NCBI GenBank assembly: GCA_965223845.1
Contig: CBDCXR010000004.1
Coordinates: forward strand, 4,864,001-4,928,000
Direction: 5' to 3'
Source: Planctomycetota bacterium
Lineage (GTDB): Bacteria > Planctomycetota > UBA8108 > SXIK01
DNA: 64,000 nucleotides
The position numbers and the translations under genes were made by a program. Each line of letters begins with the position of its first letter. Within the stretch, counting starts at the first letter, position 1. Positions 58,938-64,000 of the stretch are shown here, piece by piece. Under the pieces are notes generated by a model. That model was given only the letters and a program-made list of their open reading frames with translations. It was not told the origin of the DNA and made no database searches.

Positions 58938-60431
58938 GTGCGTCACCCACTTGCACTGTGTATTGCTACGTGTGTCCTCATCGCTCCGGTTGCGGCTGAC
59001 GTCGCGCCCAAGCCCAACGTCGTCTACATCATGGCGGACGAGCTCGGGTACTACGAGCTCTCGCATATGGGCCACCCCCATATCCGCACGCCGCGGCTCG
59101 ATCGGTTCGCGGCCGAAGGCCTTCGGTTTACGCACGCTCTCGCGGGCTCGTCTCTCTGCGCGCCGACGCGCGCCGTGCTCATGACCGGGAAGCACTCCGG
59201 TCACACGTCCGTCCGCACCAACGGCGGCGGCACACCGCTTCGCGAAAGCGAAGAAACCGTGGCTTCCGTTCTTCGTCGCGCGGGGTACGCAACGGGTGGT
59301 TTCGGCAAATGGGGCTGCGGCGGGCGGGGATCGACCGGGGTTCCCGAGAAGCACGGCTTCGACGTGTTCATCGGTTACTACGATCAGGTGCACGCACACT
59401 CGTTTTATCCGGCGTACATCGTCAAGAACAGCGCGGAGCTCAGGCTCCCGGGGAACCGCGGGGGGCGGAGCGGGAAGACTTACTCTCACTACGTCATCGT
59501 CGACGAAGCGAAGAAGTTCATCCGCGCGAACAAGGATCGTCCTTTCTTCTGCTACATGCCGGTGACGCCGCCCCACGGAATGTTCGACATCCCGGACGAC
59601 GATCCCGCGTGGGCTCTCTACAAAGACAAGGCGTGGCCCGAAGAAGCGAAGCGTTACGCCGCGATGGTGACGATGCTCGACCGGCACGTCGGCGAAGTCC
59701 TCGATCTTCTTTCGGATCTCGAGCTCGAGCAGAAAACCATCGTCTTCTTTTGCGGCGACAACGGCGGGAACGACTACTTTCGCTCACCGGACCGTCTGCG
59801 CGGATTCCACGCGCCGAACGTCCATCCGAAAACGGGCGTCCAGTTCCGCGGGAAGAAGGGGAATCTCTACGAAGGCGGCCTGCGCATCCCGATGCTGGTC
59901 CGCTGGCCAGGGAGGATCGAGCCGGGGCGCGTGAGTGACTTCGTGTGGTACTTCCCCGACGTCCTCCCGACGCTCGCGGAGCTCGCGGGCGCAAAGGCGC
60001 CGAAAGACAGCGATGGGATCTCCATCGTCCCCGAGCTCCTCGGCGCGAAAGTCGCGGGACGGAAGCAGAAGGGACACGAGTACTTCTACTGGGAGCTCGG
60101 ACAGCAGGTCGCCGTGCGGAAAGGCAAGTGGAAAGCGATTCGACCGGGACGGAATCGCGGATGGGAGCTCTACGACTTGTCGCGCGATGTGTCAGAGGCG
60201 ACGAACGTCGCGGCGGCGAATGCCGCAGTGCTCGAGGAGCTGAAGAAGCACGCGAAAGAGGCTCACGAACCGGCGGTGGAGGGGGTGTTCGCCGATCGGG
60301 CGAAGCACGAGAAAGATCGACAGGCCAAGTGGGGGGAGACTCGGCCGCCGGGGAGGGCTCGGGGTCGACCGCGGAGGGAGAAGAAGGAACAAAAAGAGAA
60401 AGAGAAAGAGAAAGAGAAAGAGAAAGAGTGA
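58938..60431 (+). CDS. Arylsulfatase (sulfatase S1)
   Basis: NVVYIMADELG, CAPTRA formylglycine motif, GKW, PPH, GDNG and KGNLYEGG; (KE)6 tail. Confidence 0.92.
   Translation: MRHPLALCIATCVLIAPVAADVAPKPNVVYIMADELGYYELSHMGHPHIRTPRLDRFAAEGLRFTHALAGSSLCAPTRAVLMTGKHSGHTSVRTNGGGTPLRESEETVASVLRRAGYATGGFGKWGCGGRGSTGVPEKHGFDVFIGYYDQVHAHSFYPAYIVKNSAELRLPGNRGGRSGKTYSHYVIVDEAKKFIRANKDRPFFCYMPVTPPHGMFDIPDDDPAWALYKDKAWPEEAKRYAAMVTMLDRHVGEVLDLLSDLELEQKTIVFFCGDNGGNDYFRSPDRLRGFHAPNVHPKTGVQFRGKKGNLYEGGLRIPMLVRWPGRIEPGRVSDFVWYFPDVLPTLAELAGAKAPKDSDGISIVPELLGAKVAGRKQKGHEYFYWELGQQVAVRKGKWKAIRPGRNRGWELYDLSRDVSEATNVAAANAAVLEELKKHAKEAHEPAVEGVFADRAKHEKDRQAKWGETRPPGRARGRPRREKKEQKEKEKEKEKEKE
60393..60428 (+). repeat. 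(AAAGAG)6 microsatellite encoding (KE)6
   Basis: Six perfect hexamers ending at the stop codon. Confidence 0.9.
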
Positions 60432-60434
60432 TTT

Positions 60435-60462
60435 ACCACGAAGGGCACGAAGGACCCGAAGG
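60435..60462 (+). repeat. Solo arm of the CACGAAGGR repeat
   Basis: 60435-60455 is identical to 57111-57131; starts 3 nt after the sulfatase stop. Confidence 0.85.
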
Positions 60463-60553
60463 AAGAGAGAGAAGAGGGAGAGAGTTGCGGGTGAGGGTGG
60501 AAATCGGAATCGGGTGTATGGCGTAGTTGATGGTGGGTTCAGAGGTCGTGTGA

Positions 60554-61501
60554 ATGGTCAGGTTGTTTCTTGCTCACTCGTCGGTGGATAAGGAGTTCGT
60601 TCGTCGACTCGCCGGTGATCTCAAGCTGCTCGGGCACGACGCCTGGGTGGATGAGGACGAGATTCTCGTCGGGGATTCGATTCCGGCCAAGATCGCGGAG
60701 GCCATCGCGAGATCGGACTATCTCGTCCCCGTGTTCTCGAAGGACGCTCTGAAGTCGGGGTGGTTTCAGAACGAGTGGGAATCGAAGTACTGGGAGCAGG
60801 TGAATGAGCAACAGGTTCGCGTGCTGCCGGTCCGCGTGGATCGCTGCGAGTTGCCGCAGCTCCTTCGGGCGAAGAAGTACGCGGACTTCGAGCGGAGCTA
60901 CGGCGTCGGGATCGTTGAGCTGACGCGCGCGATCGATCGGATGGTCGAGCCGACGCCGCTCACCCGAGGCTCCGAGTTTCTCGACGCGCTCGTCGATACT
61001 TCGATCGAGTCCCTGTGCCGAGCGGTCAGTCTTCCCGGTTCGCCGTCACAGCCGAAGATTCGGGTCTTCGTGTTTCGGATCGAGGGTGAGGAGCTCGTCT
61101 GCCGCTACCACTGGGCCGCGGATCCGGTCTCAGAGAAGGTCGGACACACTCGATTCGCCATCAACGATGACACCGCAAAAGAAGTCGCGGTCGTACGCGC
61201 GGTCCTCGACCGGCGCACGTGTCGAACTCAGGTGAGACCGCTTTCCGATTCGGGAAGCATGGCGAGCACTGGTTCACCCGAGATCAGTGGTTCACCGTCG
61301 TTCGCGGGCGACGTCGACGAAACGCTCTCCTACGTGCTCGCGTCTCCCATCTTCGGTGGGGATGGAGCGGTATGGGGAACGGTCGACTTCGACACGGCGA
61401 CGGACACAGGAACGGCGCTGCTCTCGACGGAAGCCGCGGCTTCGGCGATCCTCCAGATCGCGAGGCACTTGGCGATAGTGCTTCCAGGCGGCGGCGAGTG
61501 A
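60554..61501 (+). CDS. TIR domain protein with a C-terminal GAF-like domain
   Basis: LFLAHSSVDK, AWVDEDEILVGDSI, SGWFQNEW and VLPVRVDRCELP..L...KYADF. The C-terminal part has RVFVFRI...YVLASPIFGGDGAVWGTVDFD. Confidence 0.8.
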   Translation: MVRLFLAHSSVDKEFVRRLAGDLKLLGHDAWVDEDEILVGDSIPAKIAEAIARSDYLVPVFSKDALKSGWFQNEWESKYWEQVNEQQVRVLPVRVDRCELPQLLRAKKYADFERSYGVGIVELTRAIDRMVEPTPLTRGSEFLDALVDTSIESLCRAVSLPGSPSQPKIRVFVFRIEGEELVCRYHWAADPVSEKVGHTRFAINDDTAKEVAVVRAVLDRRTCRTQVRPLSDSGSMASTGSPEISGSPSFAGDVDETLSYVLASPIFGGDGAVWGTVDFDTATDTGTALLSTEAAASAILQIARHLAIVLPGGGE

Positions 61502-61584
61502 GGATGGAAGCCGATCGAGGACGTCGCCGCCGTCCGTGTTAGAGTGAGTCCTCTCGAATGGCTCGCTCGAATCACGAATTCTCG

Positions 61585-64000
61585 ATGAAAAACTTCCGAC
61601 GAAACCCAACGCGCGCTCCGTCCCGGAGCGTATCGTTCGCGGTCATCGTGGCGTTCGGCATCGCGGCGACACTCGCGGTTCATTCGCAGGCCCATACGGC
61701 CGACGACGACCCCGAACCCGCGAACCCTCCTCCCCCCACTCCCCTCTCCCCCGAAGAAACCGTGCGCGGCATGCGCCTTCCCCCGGGCTTCCGCGCGAAC
61801 GTGTTTGCCGGCGAGCCCGATCTCGCGCAGCCGATTTCGTTCACATTCGATGAGCGCGGGCGGCTTTGGGCCGCGGAGTGTTACTCCTACCCGAAGTGGA
61901 AGGCGACGGGGAACGATCGTGTTCTCATCTTCGAGGACGTCGACGGCGACGGACGATTCGATCGGCGAAAGGTGTTTTGGGACGAAGGAAACTATCTGAC
62001 GAGCGTCGAAGTGGGATTCGGAGGCGTTTGGGTGGCGTCGGCCCCGCACGTTCTCTTCATTCCGGATCGCGACCGCGACGATGTTCCCGACGGCCCGCCC
62101 GAAGTGCACCTCGACGGTTGGTCGCACAAAGGGATCCACAACGTCGTCAACGGACTAACGTGGGGACCGGACGGCTGGCTGTACGGCGGAAACGGCATCC
62201 TCGCGCCGTCGAAGGTCGGCGTTCCGGGTACGCCCGAGTCCGAACGTCCTCCGCTCAACTGCGGCGTTTGGCGCTACCACCCGATCGAACGGCGGTACGA
62301 GATCGTCGCGTGGGGAACGACGAATCCTTGGGGCTTCGACTTCGATCTCTACGGGCAGCTCTTCATCACCAACTGCGTCATCCCGCACGTCTTCCACGTC
62401 GTTCCGGGCGCGCACTTCGAGCGCATGTTCGGGCGCGACTTCGACCCGCACCTCTACGGCCTCATGGAGAGCTGCGCCGACCACATCCACTGGGCGGGTG
62501 GAGCGTGGCAGAGCTCGCGCGGCGGAAAGGGCAAGCACGATGCTCCGGGCGGCGGTCACGCGCACTCGGGCGCGATGGTCTACCTCGGCGACAACTGGCC
62601 GGACGAGTATCGCGGCTCGCTCTTCACCGCGAACCTCCACGGGAATCGCGTCAACCACGATCGCCTCACGCGGCGCGGATCAGGATACGTCGCGACGCAC
62701 GAGCGCGATTTTCTCACGACGGGGAATCCGTGGTTCTGGGGCGTCGGCATGCGGTCGGCGCCCGACGGTAGCGTGTACCTGAGCGATTGGGTCGACGACG
62801 GCGAGTGCCACGGGCACGAAGCCCATCGCGCGACGGGCCGGATCTACCGAATCGCGTACGGTGAAACGAGCGCGGCTCACTTCGACCTCGCAAAGGCGAG
62901 CGACGACGAACTTCTTGCGCTCCAAGACCAAAAGAACGTGTGGTGGGGACGCACGGCTCGGCGGGTCCTCGCCGAGCGCGCCGAATCGAAGTCGCTCGAG
63001 GCAGCGACGCGGCCGAAGCTCGAGGGGCGGCTGCGCGACGAGAGCGCACGGGTCGAGCATCGTCTGCGCGCGCTCTGGGCGCTTCACACGACCGGCGGCG
63101 TCTCGGAAGGACTTCTTCGTTCGATCCTCGACTCGAAGGAAGAGTGGCTCCGTGCGTGGGCCGTTCGGCTGAGCGGCGAGCGGAACACGATCCCCGCGCC
63201 CAGCTATCGACGATTCGAAGAGCTCGCGCGGACGGACCCCTCACCGCTTGTTCGTCTCCACCTCGCGTCTCTTCTCCAGCGCGTTCCGCTCGACGAGCGC
63301 TGGAAGATCGCGATCGCCCTCGCGGGCCACGCAGAAGACGCGGACGATGCAAATCTGCCGCTCATGATCTGGTACGCAGCCGAGCCTCTCGTGGCTGAAG
63401 ATCCGACGCGCGCCGCGGGCGCTTTCATCGACGCGAAGATACCACTCGTTCTCCGTCACGTCGCGCGGCGCGTGACTCATCTCGCGGTCGAGGGAAATCG
63501 AGGCGCGCTCGAGGAGCTCACGAATCAGCTCACTCGCCCGCGAGCGGACGAAGCGGTGCGTGCGATCCTCACCGGCATCGGCGATGCACTCGATGGACGG
63601 CGACGGTTTCCGATGCCCTCGTCGTGGCCCGCCGCACGACGGCGACTGGCCACAACCGGAGACGCCGAGATCGAAGTTCGCACGGCGTCGCTAGCGCTCG
63701 TCTTCGGAGATCGGGACGCGCTCGACGCGCTTCGATCGCTCGTTCGGTCGCGGAGTGAAAGTCCCGCGCGACGCGCGACGGCTCTCATCGCCCTCGCTCG
63801 CCAGCGAGACGAAGAGACGCTGTCCCTCGCGCTCGGTCTTCTTTCCGCCGAGGAGGCTGGGAGTGCGCTTCGAGAAGCCGCGATTCGCGGGGTCGCTCAG
63901 TACCGAGACGAACGAGTCCCGGAGACGCTGCTCGGACGATTCTCGTCGTTCTCTCCCACCGAACGCCGCGAGGCCATCGCTGCGCTCACGAGTCGAGAAG
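61585..64000 (+). CDS. PVC-type membrane-bound-dehydrogenase / heme-binding protein family (runs off the window edge)
   Basis: Manual translation from the ATG at 61585: signal peptide, then PLSPEETVRGMRLPPGFRANVFAGEPDLAQPISFTFDERGRLW, EDVDGDGRFD, WGPDGWLYG, GGGHAHSG and HEAT-like helices. Absent from the ORF track, presumably because it has no stop inside the window. Confidence 0.85.
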   Translation, partial: MKNFRRNPTRAPSRSVSFAVIVAFGIAATLAVHSQAHTADDDPEPANPPPPTPLSPEETVRGMRLPPGFRANVFAGEPDLAQPISFTFDERGRLWAAECYSYPKWKATGNDRVLIFEDVDGDGRFDRRKVFWDEGNYLTSVEVGFGGVWVASAPHVLFIPDRDRDDVPDGPPEVHLDGWSHKGIHNVVNGLTWGPDGWLYGGNGILAPSKVGVPGTPESERPPLNCGVWRYHPIERRYEIVAWGTTNPWGFDFDLYGQLFITNCVIPHVFHVVPGAHFERMFGRDFDPHLYGLMESCADHIHWAGGAWQSSRGGKGKHDAPGGGHAHSGAMVYLGDNWPDEYRGSLFTANLHGNRVNHDRLTRRGSGYVATHERDFLTTGNPWFWGVGMRSAPDGSVYLSDWVDDGECHGHEAHRATGRIYRIAYGETSAAHFDLAKASDDELLALQDQKNVWWGRTARRVLAERAESKSLEAATRPKLEGRLRDESARVEHRLRALWALHTTGGVSEGLLRSILDSKEEWLRAWAVRLSGERNTIPAPSYRRFEELARTDPSPLVRLHLASLLQRVPLDERWKIAIALAGHAEDADDANLPLMIWYAAEPLVAEDPTRAAGAFIDAKIPLVLRHVARRVTHLAVEGNRGALEELTNQLTRPRADEAVRAILTGIGDALDGRRRFPMPSSWPAARRRLATTGDAEIEVRTASLALVFGDRDALDALRSLVRSRSESPARRATALIALARQRDEETLSLALGLLSAEEAGSALREAAIRGVAQYRDERVPETLLGRFSSFSPTERREAIAALTSRE

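Noticed and set aside
57111-60462. CRISPR array
   Set aside because: Units are 9-bp tandem repeats in inverted arms with no unique spacers of regular length, and there are no cas genes.
1-64000. tRNA, rRNA or known riboswitch
   Set aside because: None recognised by eye in the intergenic regions; a covariance-model scan would be needed to exclude them.

Overview
GC-rich bacterial chromosome segment with a Planctomycetota-type gene repertoire: three DUF1549/DUF1553 (PSD1) + DUF1501 pairs plus an orphan DUF1501, two PVC-type membrane-bound-dehydrogenase-family genes, two sulfatases, PQQ-like propellers, an oadG-oadB-oadA Na+-pumping decarboxylase operon and several secreted proteins ending in a Cys/Pro-tailed dockerin-like domain. 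I saw no rRNA, tRNA, CRISPR array, transposase, integrase or reverse transcriptase. The most unusual stretch is 16766-20733. There an 895-bp near-identical direct repeat (period 3012 bp, 2 substitutions seen) of the 5' part of a heme-protein gene, with two different signal-peptide regions, brackets a ~2.1-kb insert. The insert holds a lower-GC DeoR-type sensor domain that lacks its HTH. Converging on it is a self-contained mini-operon: TTGACA-16-TAAACT promoter, ~200-nt structured leader with an anti-SD, a 70-aa acidic-tailed ORF, a 51-aa Arg-rich ORF and a terminator. Also notable are a REP/MITE-like family built from 9-bp CACGAAGGR units just after stop codons, a stand-alone TIR + GAF-like gene, and a possible dockerin/cohesin surface-assembly system. 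All calls were made by eye from motifs; no database searches were run.
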